From: Minisyncoccota bacterium
GTDB lineage: Bacteria; Patescibacteriota; Minisyncoccia; Phycocordibacterales; UBA9973
Assembly (NCBI GenBank): GCA_025453495.1
Contig: JALOQM010000002.1
Span: forward strand, 12,680-76,679
Length of the DNA: 64,000 bases
Direction of reading: 5' to 3'
The translations under genes were made by a program, and so were the position numbers. The notes below the pieces were generated by a model. That model did no database searches, was not told the DNA's origin, and worked only from the letters and a program-made list of their open reading frames with translations. Below are positions 47,449-58,148 of this stretch, piece by piece (within the stretch, counting starts at the first letter, position 1; each line of letters opens with the position of its first letter).

Positions 47449-49156
47449 TATTGCTACAGCACGTATACGACTAGTATCCGGTACCATTATCGTGGTTGCG
47501 CTTGTCTGCATAGCAAAGCTCTTTCACTTGGGTGTCATTCATGGCGCATCATATGTTGAGCGTGCAGATAGACAATACGCGACACCAGCTGGTGATGTAT
47601 TTGAACGTGGTTCTATTTTTTTTACTCAAAAAGACGGCACGCTTGTCTCTGCTGCTGCAGTGGTCTCAGGCTACCAACTCTCGGTAAAGCCATTTCTTAT
47701 AGAAGCTCCTGATAATGTATATGAAAAGCTTAGTGCTGTAACTCCAATAAAGCGAGACGTCTTTGACCGAGCGGTATCACAAAAAGATCGCAAAGATAGG
47801 GAAGTGCGCATCGCTTCACGCCTTACCAAGATACAAGCAGATGCAATACAGGCACTACAGATTCCTGGGACTATTGTCGCTAAAGAAAAATGGCGTTTCT
47901 ATCCAGGTGGGAGTATGGCAGCGCACGCGCTTGGTTTTGTGGCATACAAGGACAATGAGTTGTCCGGGCGCTATGGTATTGAGCGGTACTACAATGATGT
48001 GCTCTCAAGAAAGCAAGATGGCCTGTATATAAACTTCTTTGCCGAAGTATTTTCCAATATTAGTGATTCACTTTTTCGCGGGGAGACAAGAGAGGGTGAT
48101 ATCGTAACTACAATTGAACCATCAGTGCAAAACATACTTGAAACCGAACTCAATAAAGTCATGTCTGAGTGGTCGTCGGATGCAGTAGGTGGCATAATTA
48201 TGAACCCAAAAGATGGGAGCATCTATGCACTTTCTGTACTTCCTGATTTTAACTTGAATGAATTTTCAAAAGTCGCCAACCCACTTACGTACGGTAATCC
48301 ACTTGTTGAGGATGTCTACGAATTCGGTTCAGTTGTCAAAGCGCTGACGATGGCGGCGGGGCTCGATAGTGGAGTTGTGACTCCTGAGACGACCTACAAT
48401 GACAAAGGATATGTCATTTTGGATAAAGCACGAATCAATAACTTTGATCTAAAGGCACGAGGAGTCGTGCCAATGCAGGAAGTACTTAGTCAGTCGCTCA
48501 ATACGGGTGTCGTACACATCATGCAAAAAATGGGAAAGCAAAAATTCAAAGACTACATGTTTGCTTATGGTATCGGAGAAAAGACAGGTATCGATTTACC
48601 AAATGAGATAAGTGGGCTCGTCGATAATCTACATTCACCGCGCGCTATCGAATATGCAACTGCATCTTTTGGTCAAGGTATAGCATTGACGCCGATGGCA
48701 GCGACACGCGCACTTGCGGTGCTTGCGAATGGCGGGACACTCGTGACACCGCATATCGCAACGAAGATTCGGTATGTGGATGGTACAGAAAAGAAGCTCG
48801 AACATCCTATGGGACAACGCGTACTCACACCTGAAACATCAGAAGAAATATCTCGGATGCTCTCTGTCGTTGTCGATAGAGCGCTACTTGGTGGTACAGT
48901 CAAGATGGAGCACTATAGTATTTCGGCTAAAACTGGTACCGCGCAAATGGCACGAGAAGATGGACGTGGCTATTACGATGATAGATATTTGCACTCATTT
49001 TTTGGCTACTTCCCATCATATGATCCCCGCTATCTTATATTTCTCTACAATGTCAATCCAAAAAATATCGACTATGCTTCAAAGACTCTTACAACTCCGT
49101 TTATCAATCTTTCCAAGTTCTTATTGTCTTATTATGATGTGCCACCCGACCGCTAA
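47435..49156 (+). CDS. ftsI: Septal peptidoglycan transpeptidase (PBP3/FtsI)
   Basis: RGSIF, RFYP, EFGSVVK, SLNTG, SFGQG, KTGTAQ; dcw position. Confidence 0.88.
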   Translation: MSSNNIATARIRLVSGTIIVVALVCIAKLFHLGVIHGASYVERADRQYATPAGDVFERGSIFFTQKDGTLVSAAAVVSGYQLSVKPFLIEAPDNVYEKLSAVTPIKRDVFDRAVSQKDRKDREVRIASRLTKIQADAIQALQIPGTIVAKEKWRFYPGGSMAAHALGFVAYKDNELSGRYGIERYYNDVLSRKQDGLYINFFAEVFSNISDSLFRGETREGDIVTTIEPSVQNILETELNKVMSEWSSDAVGGIIMNPKDGSIYALSVLPDFNLNEFSKVANPLTYGNPLVEDVYEFGSVVKALTMAAGLDSGVVTPETTYNDKGYVILDKARINNFDLKARGVVPMQEVLSQSLNTGVVHIMQKMGKQKFKDYMFAYGIGEKTGIDLPNEISGLVDNLHSPRAIEYATASFGQGIALTPMAATRALAVLANGGTLVTPHIATKIRYVDGTEKKLEHPMGQRVLTPETSEEISRMLSVVVDRALLGGTVKMEHYSISAKTGTAQMAREDGRGYYDDRYLHSFFGYFPSYDPRYLIFLYNVNPKNIDYASKTLTTPFINLSKFLLSYYDVPPDR

Positions 49157-49197
49157 TTTGTCATAAATGCTATACTTATGCTATATACAAAATTCAT

Positions 49198-50502
49198 ATG
49201 CTAAAACAACTCGCAAAAAAAACCATCGCACATATACTTACTTGGCAAGCAAGGATGGTGCTTGCGCGATATACACCAAACATAGTTGCTATTACAGGCA
49301 ATATTGGCAAGACCTCTGCCAAAGATAGCGTGCATGCAGTGCTTTCTCGTTTTTATACAGTACGGAAAAGTGAAAAGAGCTTCAATAGTGAGATAGGATT
49401 ACCGCTCACTATACTCGGTATACCAAATGCGTGGAATGATCCTCTAGGTTGGGTAAAAAATATCGCATATGGTTTTTGGCTGATCATCAAAAAGCAGCAG
49501 TATCCAGAATGGCTCGTGCTTGAAGTTGGCGCTGATCGTCCTGGTGATATAGCTGCAGTTTCGAAATGGCTCAAATCTGACATCGTAGTGTATACCCGTT
49601 TCGGCAATGTACCGGTCCATGTCGAATTTTTCAAAACACCAGATGAGCTCTTTCGAGAAAAAAGTAATCTTCTCGATGCACTCAAACCAAATGGCACACT
49701 CATACTCAATGCTGACGATGAGCGCATCATGACACTCAAAGCAAAAGCACGGACGAAGGTAGTCACCTTCGGTTTTGATGAACAAGCGATGATTCAGGCC
49801 TCAAACGATACTATTGCATATAGTCAAGCTGGCATGTATGGTGCACCATCTGGGATCGTATTTCGTATAAATTATGGTGGCTCAAGTATCCCAGTACAGA
49901 TTGATGGGGGATTCGGACGAAATCATGTTTACTCTGCACTTGCTGCCCTTGCGATCGCATATGACAGAGAGTGCAATATGCTCACCGCAGTAGAAGCACT
50001 CAAAAATCAAGATCTTCCACCTGGTCGCATGCGAGTTATCGCTGGTGTCAAAGAGTCCGTCGTTATAGATGATACGTACAATGCCGCGCCGCTTGCTACT
50101 GAAACTGCGCTTGAAACACTTGGCTCACTTGCTGTAGAAGGCAGGAAAATCGCAGTCCTTGGAGATATGCTCGAACTTGGCAGGTATACACAGGAGGCAC
50201 ACAAAAAAGTAGGGGAATATGCGGCGCGTCACGCCGACATACTTGTAACAGTCGGTATCCGTTCACGCTATACTGCAGAAGGAGCGCTCAATGCTGGCAT
50301 GAGTGAGAAAAATATTTTTCAATATGAGGATGCTCGTGTAGCAGGGAAATTTGTCGAAGGAGAACTTAGCAAAGGTGATATAGTGCTTGTCAAAGGTTCA
50401 CAGGGTATGCGTATGGAACGTGCGGTAGAAGAAATAATGGCACATCCAGAAGACAAAGAACGACTTCTTGTCAGGCAGGATAGTGAGTGGCGCAAGCGAT
50501 AA
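49198..50502 (+). CDS. murF: UDP-MurNAc-tripeptide--D-Ala-D-Ala ligase
   Basis: AITGNIGKTS, FNSEIGLPLT, DDTYNA, LGDMLELG, LVKGS. Confidence 0.93.
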   Translation: MLKQLAKKTIAHILTWQARMVLARYTPNIVAITGNIGKTSAKDSVHAVLSRFYTVRKSEKSFNSEIGLPLTILGIPNAWNDPLGWVKNIAYGFWLIIKKQQYPEWLVLEVGADRPGDIAAVSKWLKSDIVVYTRFGNVPVHVEFFKTPDELFREKSNLLDALKPNGTLILNADDERIMTLKAKARTKVVTFGFDEQAMIQASNDTIAYSQAGMYGAPSGIVFRINYGGSSIPVQIDGGFGRNHVYSALAALAIAYDRECNMLTAVEALKNQDLPPGRMRVIAGVKESVVIDDTYNAAPLATETALETLGSLAVEGRKIAVLGDMLELGRYTQEAHKKVGEYAARHADILVTVGIRSRYTAEGALNAGMSEKNIFQYEDARVAGKFVEGELSKGDIVLVKGSQGMRMERAVEEIMAHPEDKERLLVRQDSEWRKR

Positions 50503-50558
50503 AATAAAAAAGCACAAAGACATTATCTCTGTGCTTTTTGCTTCTAAGCTTTTTCAAT

Positions 50559-50957
50559 TTAAGCAGTTTGCATGGCTGCTTTCATCAGCATGATAGGGAT
50601 GCCATACGGCTTAGCAACATACTGATCTGAATAAATGGTAAAGATCATTTTTTTTACTGGCAGACTCTGCGGAGCTTTCTCACTTCCTGAGGCGTTTTTA
50701 GGTACTGATTCTCGAATGATTTCGAGCACTCCGATGACTATCACACTACCTGTAGACAAATCGGTAGTTTGGAAGATTTGTTTTCCAGTTTCGTCATACT
50801 GAATCATGAATTCTTTTGATGAAACATACTCATTAGCAGGAGTTATTTGTGCCTGCCAAGTATTTTTCTTTTCTTCGTTAGAATTAAAAGAAATAATGAA
50901 CAGTGGTACGTCTTCAAACGTGGAGATCTGTAAAAGTAGTATCTGTTTGTTATTCAT
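50559..50957 (-). CDS. Hypothetical protein
   Basis: 132-aa ORF with own promoter and shared bidirectional terminator at 50507-50539. Confidence 0.65.
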   Translation of the reverse strand: MNNKQILLLQISTFEDVPLFIISFNSNEEKKNTWQAQITPANEYVSSKEFMIQYDETGKQIFQTTDLSTGSVIVIGVLEIIRESVPKNASGSEKAPQSLPVKKMIFTIYSDQYVAKPYGIPIMLMKAAMQTA

Positions 50958-51066
50958 TTATTCTTTTTTTTGGTGCAACTGCGAGTAGAATAACATATTG
51001 TACTGATAGTACAATATGTTTATTGCCGATTTTTTCCTTTTGCTATATACTCCAAATGCTTTTCAT

Positions 51067-51141
51067 GGCCCTATCGTCTAACGGTTAGGACGGAAGCTTC
51101 TCAAGCTTCAAATCGGGGTTCGATTCCCCGTAGGGTCACCA
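51067..51141 (+). tRNA. tRNA-Glu (CTC)
   Basis: GGCCCTA/TAGGGTC acceptor stem, anticodon arm GAAGC-TT-CTC-AA-GCTTC, GGTTCGATTCC, encoded CCA. Confidence 0.96.
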
Positions 51142-51306
51142 TCAACAGCTAGCACGAGAGGGTTATATTTTCAGAGGATTTTGCAGACGAAAAACTCCAT
51201 CCTTCTCGAATCGAATTTGCTTGGGATCTAAATACAGACCTTTTGAAAGAAGGTTTGTATTTAGAGTAATTGTATAAAAGTGGTCTGAAAATGATAAAAT
51301 TGCTCT

Positions 51307-54300
51307 ATGAGTAGCCAAATTGACAGGAGATACCTGTCGCTTCAGTTTTGGAAGAAAGTACACGAAAAGAATGGCTCTGAATTTCAGAGCTTGTTTTCTG
51401 ATGTGATGGAAAAAGCTGTTCCTGAATTCCAAAAAGTTAGACCCTATGGAAATGTAGGAGACGGAGGCAATGACGGCTACATACCTAGCAAGGGCATCTA
51501 TTACCAGGTTTATGCACCTGAGAACCCTTCTGACAGGAGTACTGAAGCCGCCAAAAAGATGGTGGACGATTTCAATAAGTTAAAGAATAGTGGTTGGAGT
51601 GAGATTTCAAACATAAAGGAATATCACTTTGTTTTTAATGATAAGAACAATGGATTGGATAGTGTTCTTGAGTCAGCACGGGCACAGCTAGTGAGTGAAA
51701 ACCCTGGAATTACTTTCGACACTCTTCTACCTAGGAAGCTTGAAGAAACTTTCTTGAGTCTAAGTAGCGACCAGCTTATCTCACTGGGTTTTGATGTAGA
51801 CCAAAGAAAAGCCTTAGAAGTATCAAGAGAATATCTTAAGGGATTGGAGGCCGAGTTAGATAGAGGTCACGCAAACTTCGTTTCTCAAACTCTAGATACA
51901 ATGCGTGACATTGTTTCGTCACAAGGAGACGAAGCATTGTTGCTTGATTTTGAGCTTATTGAAGCCCGCACGCTTCAGCGTCTTGAAAAAGTGCCTGAGG
52001 CAAGAAAGAAATATGAGGATTTGTATAAAAGATATCCAAGGGATGTCCGAGCACCACTTTATTTGGCAGAACTTTATGCAATAGCTGGCGACTATCCTGA
52101 AAACCAGAGACTGTTAGATGAAGCGAAAGCAATTGATGCTTCCCACTGGCTTTATTTGCTCGAAATCCTGGTAAGAAAGAGTTTTCTTAAGGAGGAAGTC
52201 TCGATAAACGAAATAGATACCGATGCTTTTCCTGCTGACCCAAAGATTAAGTCTGACTATTATCGGCTTTATGGAAATATCCTGAAGCAGTCTGAGGATG
52301 GTGCAAATGCAACAGCTTTTATCGAAAGAGCATTGCATTTTAATCCCGAAAAGATATCCAACTATGATGCAAAGATTGCGATGGATATCAATAATCTTGT
52401 ATCTGAGACCGATGAGGTCAAAAGAAAGAGTAAAACTGAAGAAATCCTTAAGGAAATAAAAGCAACAAACGATAAGTTTAAGGCTTCAGGCAATATCGGT
52501 GTTCGCAATCAGGTCTACTTGAATTATAAGCAGGCAATGCTTCTTGTTCAAAACGAGCGTTTGGACGAGTTCGCTTCGGTGGTTAAGGACACATTTGAGC
52601 TAATACTTTCTTGCCATTTTGATAATGTCATTGACGGCATACTGACCGACCTCCTTGCATTTGCAGGTCTACCGAAAGTGGTATTTGAAAAACTTATTAC
52701 TTATTTAGATAAGGCAGAAAGACCACTATCTGACGGATTTGCAAAGAGAATGTTTTTACAATTCCTCGACCAAGGCACTCTAGAGACCAAGGGTAAAGAA
52801 TTCTACACAAACAAGAAGCTGGATAATTTCGTTGCACTCATAGACGACTTAGAAAAGAAAGACTATGACGGCTTTGTTGCCAAAGTAAAAGACGACCATT
52901 ACTTTGCCGTTATGACTTGTATCGCAATCAACCAGCCTGATTTGCGAAAGAAAATAATTGAGGCTCTTCCTAATACTGGAGAAATACACAAAGACAGACT
53001 CTATTTGCTTTTGGAAGACGAAGCAGGAAATCCTGACGGAGCTTTTGATGTGCTGAAGAAAATGGATTTATCGAAAATTGGATATGTAGACAGCCAAAAA
53101 TTTCTGGGTGTTGCAAAAAGAAAAGAAGCCTGGGACTTTGTCCTAATTTTTGGTGAAAAGATACTCACCTACGAAAAAGAAGCCGATAAGATAGTTCGGA
53201 TTAAGCTTGAGCTATTTACAGCAAACTTCAAACTTGGACGCTTGCCTGAGACGGTAAAGATTGGAGAAGAGATACTTGGAAATAAGGAATATGTATCACT
53301 ATTGGATGAGAAAAATAGGGCTATCCTGTTGTGCCAAACTATCAGTGCACTTCTACGGAGAAATACTGATGTGGATAACCAAAAAGCAAAGGAACTTGTT
53401 GAGACATATAAGGACTATTTCTCTGATTTTGAAAGCAATGCTCTGCTTGTATCAGAAGTATACTTGAGACACAACGATGCAAAGACTGCTCTTGAAGCGG
53501 TTGTTCGTGGTGCAACACTAGCACGAAGACCGTCCCCTGAAGAGTACGCGGGTCTTTTTATGGTCTTTAACAAAATTGGAAATATTCTCGACATAAAACT
53601 AGAAACAGACGGACAGATTGAGAAAGAGAGGTTTGTTAAGTTCAAAGAAGAAGAGAGTTGGTATTTTGTTGGTGACGGAGAGTCCCTAGATGCACAACCT
53701 ATCCCAACAGCAAAACAAGGTGATTATATTGGAAAGAAAGTTGGCGAGAAAATCGCCCTCACTAATGCATATGCTTCTGATAAAAAAGAAAAGACTATAG
53801 AGAATATACTGCCTATAGAAAAATACATTATGTGGCAGACTTACCATCATTTCCAAAAACTATCTCTTGAGGGAATGTGGGATGCGGCTGTTTCAATTGA
53901 AGTACCTCAGACCGAAGATGGAGGGATTGATTTAAAGAATGTCATTGCACTGATGAAAGCTCAGCAGGAGCGTGGTCAGGAATTCTTTAACAATTACTGT
54001 GACCAGAATCTACCTTTTGCTCTCCTTGTTGTTAGCGAGGGAGGGTTCACAAATGCAATCGGAAGAATACAAAATGAACAACGAGGCTTCATTAGAATGA
54101 GCGATGGCACAATGGCAGAATTTAATGCTCAGAAAGATGTTGTAATCAGAGTTCTTGCCAATAAAGAGCCGTTCTATCTGGATGGTACTTCAGCTTGGGT
54201 CCTCGCAGAGACAGGTCTCTTGAGTAAGCTCCATCAGCATTTTCCAAATATTAAGGTGCCCCAATCCGTTATTACTTTGCTTTTAGAAATCAAAGACAAA

Positions 54301-55134
54301 TTGAGCTACACGCCAGGGCAAGCTGGTCAGATGTTCTATTCCAATGGGAAAATCGGATATTCAGAGCTAAACCCAGAAGCACGAGAAAGAGTTGGACAAA
54401 GAATTTCTGAGACCATTGCACTTCTCGAAGCTAATTCAACCAATATCGGAGTCATATCTTCTGCCAGCAAGGAGGATGTATTTTCAGAAAGAGAAATCCC
54501 AGGAACTGTGACAGACGCAACAATCCTCGCACAAAGAGAAAATATTCCTGTTCTCACTGAAGATTTCTTGTACCTGCATATGAATGAGCTTGAGACAAAA
54601 AAGCCAAAGCCTCAGTATTTCTCATCTTTCGTCTTGATGCGTGTGCTTTATGAACAAGGTCGCATTAGTTTCGAGGAGTATTTAGATTTCTTCTCGTATC
54701 TTGCTTCCTATAGGTTTAGGTTTCTTCAAATTACCACTGCGGACCTAGAAAAAGCCCTATTTGGAGATGGTGCAATCACTATTGTGCAACTAGAAAACAT
54801 CAAAAAATTGCATCTGCCAATGACTCTTTCCAGTGAGTACGGTGTAGACCCAAATAATGCACTGAAGTTGGTATTTCAATTTATACTCAAATTGCTTATA
54901 GACGACTCAGTATCTGTAGATGTGATAAAGCAAGTGTTTACAGAAATAATGTCCAAGTACCCAACAGAAAAAAGCAGAACCTTGCTTGGTAGAGCTTTGA
55001 TATCTTCAGCGGTTAAAGTAATTAACGAGAACAGAACCATAGTTGTTGGAGTAAATACACAAGAAAAAATTGATGCTTTGGTGCGAGTAAACGAAAAAAT
55101 AGACACCTTACCATCTATAGTTATTCCTAAATAA
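51307..55134 (+). CDS. Multidomain defence protein: restriction-endonuclease-like N-terminus, TPR repeats, GreA/B-C-terminal-like domain, PIN domain
   Basis: FQSLFSDVM...YGNVGDGGNDGY...YQVYAP; TPR-like ARKKYEDLYKRYP, AFIERALHFNP; FVGDGESLD...IGKKVGEKI...TIENI; FYLDGTS...VPQSV...DATILA...VLTED. Confidence 0.78.
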   Translation: MSSQIDRRYLSLQFWKKVHEKNGSEFQSLFSDVMEKAVPEFQKVRPYGNVGDGGNDGYIPSKGIYYQVYAPENPSDRSTEAAKKMVDDFNKLKNSGWSEISNIKEYHFVFNDKNNGLDSVLESARAQLVSENPGITFDTLLPRKLEETFLSLSSDQLISLGFDVDQRKALEVSREYLKGLEAELDRGHANFVSQTLDTMRDIVSSQGDEALLLDFELIEARTLQRLEKVPEARKKYEDLYKRYPRDVRAPLYLAELYAIAGDYPENQRLLDEAKAIDASHWLYLLEILVRKSFLKEEVSINEIDTDAFPADPKIKSDYYRLYGNILKQSEDGANATAFIERALHFNPEKISNYDAKIAMDINNLVSETDEVKRKSKTEEILKEIKATNDKFKASGNIGVRNQVYLNYKQAMLLVQNERLDEFASVVKDTFELILSCHFDNVIDGILTDLLAFAGLPKVVFEKLITYLDKAERPLSDGFAKRMFLQFLDQGTLETKGKEFYTNKKLDNFVALIDDLEKKDYDGFVAKVKDDHYFAVMTCIAINQPDLRKKIIEALPNTGEIHKDRLYLLLEDEAGNPDGAFDVLKKMDLSKIGYVDSQKFLGVAKRKEAWDFVLIFGEKILTYEKEADKIVRIKLELFTANFKLGRLPETVKIGEEILGNKEYVSLLDEKNRAILLCQTISALLRRNTDVDNQKAKELVETYKDYFSDFESNALLVSEVYLRHNDAKTALEAVVRGATLARRPSPEEYAGLFMVFNKIGNILDIKLETDGQIEKERFVKFKEEESWYFVGDGESLDAQPIPTAKQGDYIGKKVGEKIALTNAYASDKKEKTIENILPIEKYIMWQTYHHFQKLSLEGMWDAAVSIEVPQTEDGGIDLKNVIALMKAQQERGQEFFNNYCDQNLPFALLVVSEGGFTNAIGRIQNEQRGFIRMSDGTMAEFNAQKDVVIRVLANKEPFYLDGTSAWVLAETGLLSKLHQHFPNIKVPQSVITLLLEIKDKLSYTPGQAGQMFYSNGKIGYSELNPEARERVGQRISETIALLEANSTNIGVISSASKEDVFSEREIPGTVTDATILAQRENIPVLTEDFLYLHMNELETKKPKPQYFSSFVLMRVLYEQGRISFEEYLDFFSYLASYRFRFLQITTADLEKALFGDGAITIVQLENIKKLHLPMTLSSEYGVDPNNALKLVFQFILKLLIDDSVSVDVIKQVFTEIMSKYPTEKSRTLLGRALISSAVKVINENRTIVVGVNTQEKIDALVRVNEKIDTLPSIVIPK

Positions 55135-55173
55135 TTCTGACCCTAGTATCATAATACTGTGTTTCAGAGAATT

Positions 55174-55692
55174 TTATTTTAAAAATATTTTTTTGCTCAG
55201 TAATACAATTCCGGTCTTTAGGCATCGTAAAAATTCTCGCTTCTCATACATCGACCCCTCAATCAAAATAAACTTCGCATAGTTGCGTATGTCGATATCT
55301 TTCACCGCAATAGGAGTTTTTGTTCCTAACAACATCTGCTCAAACTTCTTAAACCGTTGAACTTCTGCCGTGATCTTCTCCCTCATGGGTACAGTTTGTA
55401 TTTCCAGATCGTCCATGAGGTCTTGAAGTTGTGCCACCAAGTCTTCTTCGTTTATGAATCCGCACGGACAGTCCTGATCTCTCGTTCTAGTACATTTGTA
55501 ATAAACATAGCGGTTCACGTTGCCATTCTTCTGATGTTTGAATTTCTCATCAGCGGTGATGCCTGATCCGCATAGTCCGCAGGTCATAATCTTGGTGAAA
55601 GCGAACTCTTTCTGTGACGATCTTGGCTCTAGCGTTTGGCTCTTTATCTTTTCTTGAACGAGATCAAAAAGTTCTTTGGTGATGATTGGTTC
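55174..55692 (-). pseudogene. C-terminal remnant of a large serine recombinase (Zn-ribbon domain)
   Basis: Frame extends upstream of the listed ORF as EPIITKELFDLVQEKI...FAFTKIMTCGLCGSGIT...YVYYKC...C; the catalytic domain is absent and a stop lies at 55711-55713. Confidence 0.85.
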
Positions 55693-55808
55693 GCGGGCAC
55701 CGTCATGCGCTTATAATTTCTCCACCTGGGTCAAACAGTCGGCTATCTTCGCGACCCAAATGGCTTCTTAGTAGAGATATGCACAAAGATACAGTAAAAG
55801 CTGTTTTA

Positions 55809-56720
55809 CTAGTGTTTACTGTAATATTTCTTTTTTATGTCCGATAGCGCAGAATGTAAATCGTCGAATGCGAATGTGAAACCAGCCTTCTTTATTTTCG
55901 TCGAATCGATTTTCTGTCCACCTAAAAGAGCATGTGCAAATTCTCCCTTCACCATTTGTGCGATAAAAGCGGGGATAGGTAGAGTCCAGAAAAAGCCAAA
56001 CACCTTTTGAATACTTCGCATAAATGTTTTTTGTGACAGCGGAGTTCCTGTAGCGGTATTGTAGACACCAGTCATTTTTTTATTTTCAAGTGCAAAGATG
56101 TATTGAGAAACCAAATCTTCCACATGCACCCATGGCATATATTGCGTGCCATTTCCAAAGTAGCCGCCGAGGCCAAGTTTGAAGAGCTTGAGCATCTCCG
56201 ACAAGATGCCACCTCGTCCTAGTACATGCGCAGTCCGAAGGGCGACAACTCTCGTCCCCATTTTTTCAAAACTAAAAGCTTCTTTTTCCCAATCAACACA
56301 AATCTGCGCTAGGAAGTCATTACCCGGGGAAGCATTTTCATCTAGGGCTATATCTTTGCCGTTTCCATAGAATCCAACAGCTGAGGCAGATACAAATACT
56401 TCTGGTGTGAGTGCTGCTTTTTCAAAAGACAGACGCAGATTTTTTGTTGTCTCAATGCGACTGTCTCGTAATAGTTTCTTGTACTCTTTTGTCCATTTAC
56501 CAGAAATCGGTGCACCTGCGAGGTGTATGATTCCATACACGCCATCCAAGATTTCTTTGGAGATAAGTTCTCTATGAAGCGCGATAGTGTAAAAGTGCAC
56601 CTTTTCATTTTTACTAGGCACAATGTCAATAACAGAGACTACATAGCCTTTTTCCAAAAGCCGTTCTGATAAGATGCTCCCAACAAATCCTGAACCACCA
56701 GTGATAATAATTTTTTTCAT
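55809..56720 (-). CDS. TIGR01777-family NAD-dependent epimerase
   Basis: ITGGSGFVG, HLAGAPI..W, SASAVGFYG, FLAQICVDWE, MPWVHVED. Confidence 0.92.
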   Translation of the reverse strand: MKKIIITGGSGFVGSILSERLLEKGYVVSVIDIVPSKNEKVHFYTIALHRELISKEILDGVYGIIHLAGAPISGKWTKEYKKLLRDSRIETTKNLRLSFEKAALTPEVFVSASAVGFYGNGKDIALDENASPGNDFLAQICVDWEKEAFSFEKMGTRVVALRTAHVLGRGGILSEMLKLFKLGLGGYFGNGTQYMPWVHVEDLVSQYIFALENKKMTGVYNTATGTPLSQKTFMRSIQKVFGFFWTLPIPAFIAQMVKGEFAHALLGGQKIDSTKIKKAGFTFAFDDLHSALSDIKKKYYSKH

Positions 56721-56723
56721 ATT

Positions 56724-58148
56724 TTATTGTACCCAAGTTGTAATATATTTTTGTACATCAAACTTTCCCTCACACCCACCGCGAGACATATATCTAATTG
56801 TGCCAAAAATCGGTCGTGGGAACCATGCTCTGTCATGTACACCACCGATAGACCAGGCAATACCTGCGTAGCCATTTGGATCACGCCCATCAAGCTCATA
56901 GGTATCATTTAGATAGATGGCTATTGCGAGTGCTTCTTCTGGTGAATGTGTCCATTCGAGAATCTTTTTTGCCCAATACATACGCATATATCCGTGCATT
57001 TTCCCAGTCTGTATCATTTGTGTTTGTGCGGCATTCCAGAGGGAGTCATGTGTCTTTGCTTCTTCGAGCTGTTTTTTGGTATACACATATTCTCGCGTAT
57101 CTTTCGCTGCTTTCTCGAGGGATTTTTTTGCCCAATCGGCGAAACACTCTGTACTGTCGTACTTCTTTTCATAAAAACAAAAATTATCCGAAAGTTCTCG
57201 GCGGACAATAAGCTCTTCGAGGAATGCCCCTGCATGGTCTATGAGTGTTGGTTTTTTGTCATCTTCTATCTTTGCCTTGTTTTTTATATGATGCAGTATA
57301 TGTGTAATGTCTTTTCCGGCTACTTTTGTCGTTTCAAGAGCCACTCTTTGTGGTGCAATCATTCCATAATGTAAATAAGGAGAAAGGTTTGATTGTCCGT
57401 CTTCGTTTGGATCATTTCGTATAGCACCATAGCGATGAATCCCGTCTTTCAGAAATCGCTTCAGTGCTCCATGCGCAGCTTCTTCTCCTGGTGGCGCCCA
57501 AGAGATGGACTGCAATGATTCCTCCAGCTCTTTTTTACTCAAGAGACTTTCGAAATCGTCACCTTTTATTTTTTCTGTAAAAGCATATGTTGAAGACGTC
57601 ATTTCGGGAAATGTGTCCAAAAATTCTGGTAGCAGTCTAAAAATCTTTGGTCGTATGGTGTATGCGCCATACTCTCTTTTGTCTGAGGTAATCCATACTG
57701 GAATGATGTTATGTGCATCTACGCCAAAAAAAGAGCACGCTATATTTTTTCGCACATAGTCGCTCCAAGAACGACTTATTCGTAATGGATACAAATCGGT
57801 GATGACTGCTCCTGCAGAAATGTTCTTCGTGAATTCTGCAATATGCTTTCCACTTTGTTTTCCATCTGCATCTACTAAGACAAAAAATGAAATATTTTTC
57901 TCTGCTAGATCTTGCTTTATTTGCTTAAGTGCAGAAATTTTAAATGCGAGTTGTCTGTTTCGTCCACCCAAAAATCCTGGCACCAAGGTATAGACCACAA
58001 CAACTGGTGCTTTTTGCTCGTCAGCCAAACTTTTTGCGTACAGCAAGGACCAGTTGTCACGAACGCGCATCTCGCGATTCATCCAGTAGATAATTGGACC
58101 ATCTTTTGTATCCTTGGAGTTTAACTTCAAGACACGTTTTGTATTCAT
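56724..58148 (-). CDS. phr: Class II CPD DNA photolyase
   Basis: YWMNREMRVRDNWSL, VDAHNIIP, SNLSPYLHYG, EELIVRRELSDNF, GKMHGYMRMYWAKKILEW, DGRDPNGY. Confidence 0.95.
   Translation of the reverse strand: MNTKRVLKLNSKDTKDGPIIYWMNREMRVRDNWSLLYAKSLADEQKAPVVVVYTLVPGFLGGRNRQLAFKISALKQIKQDLAEKNISFFVLVDADGKQSGKHIAEFTKNISAGAVITDLYPLRISRSWSDYVRKNIACSFFGVDAHNIIPVWITSDKREYGAYTIRPKIFRLLPEFLDTFPEMTSSTYAFTEKIKGDDFESLLSKKELEESLQSISWAPPGEEAAHGALKRFLKDGIHRYGAIRNDPNEDGQSNLSPYLHYGMIAPQRVALETTKVAGKDITHILHHIKNKAKIEDDKKPTLIDHAGAFLEELIVRRELSDNFCFYEKKYDSTECFADWAKKSLEKAAKDTREYVYTKKQLEEAKTHDSLWNAAQTQMIQTGKMHGYMRMYWAKKILEWTHSPEEALAIAIYLNDTYELDGRDPNGYAGIAWSIGGVHDRAWFPRPIFGTIRYMSRGGCEGKFDVQKYITTWVQ

Larger units (their letters stand above)
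51142..55740. mobile_element. Decayed island at tRNA-Glu carrying a defence gene and a recombinase remnant
   Basis: Starts at the tRNA 3' end and contains a 1275-aa conflict-type gene and a 5'-deleted serine recombinase; the right boundary is approximate. Confidence 0.65.

Noticed and set aside
55718-55736. attR copy of the tRNA-Glu 3' end
   Set aside because: Only GGGTCA matches, which is too short to support.
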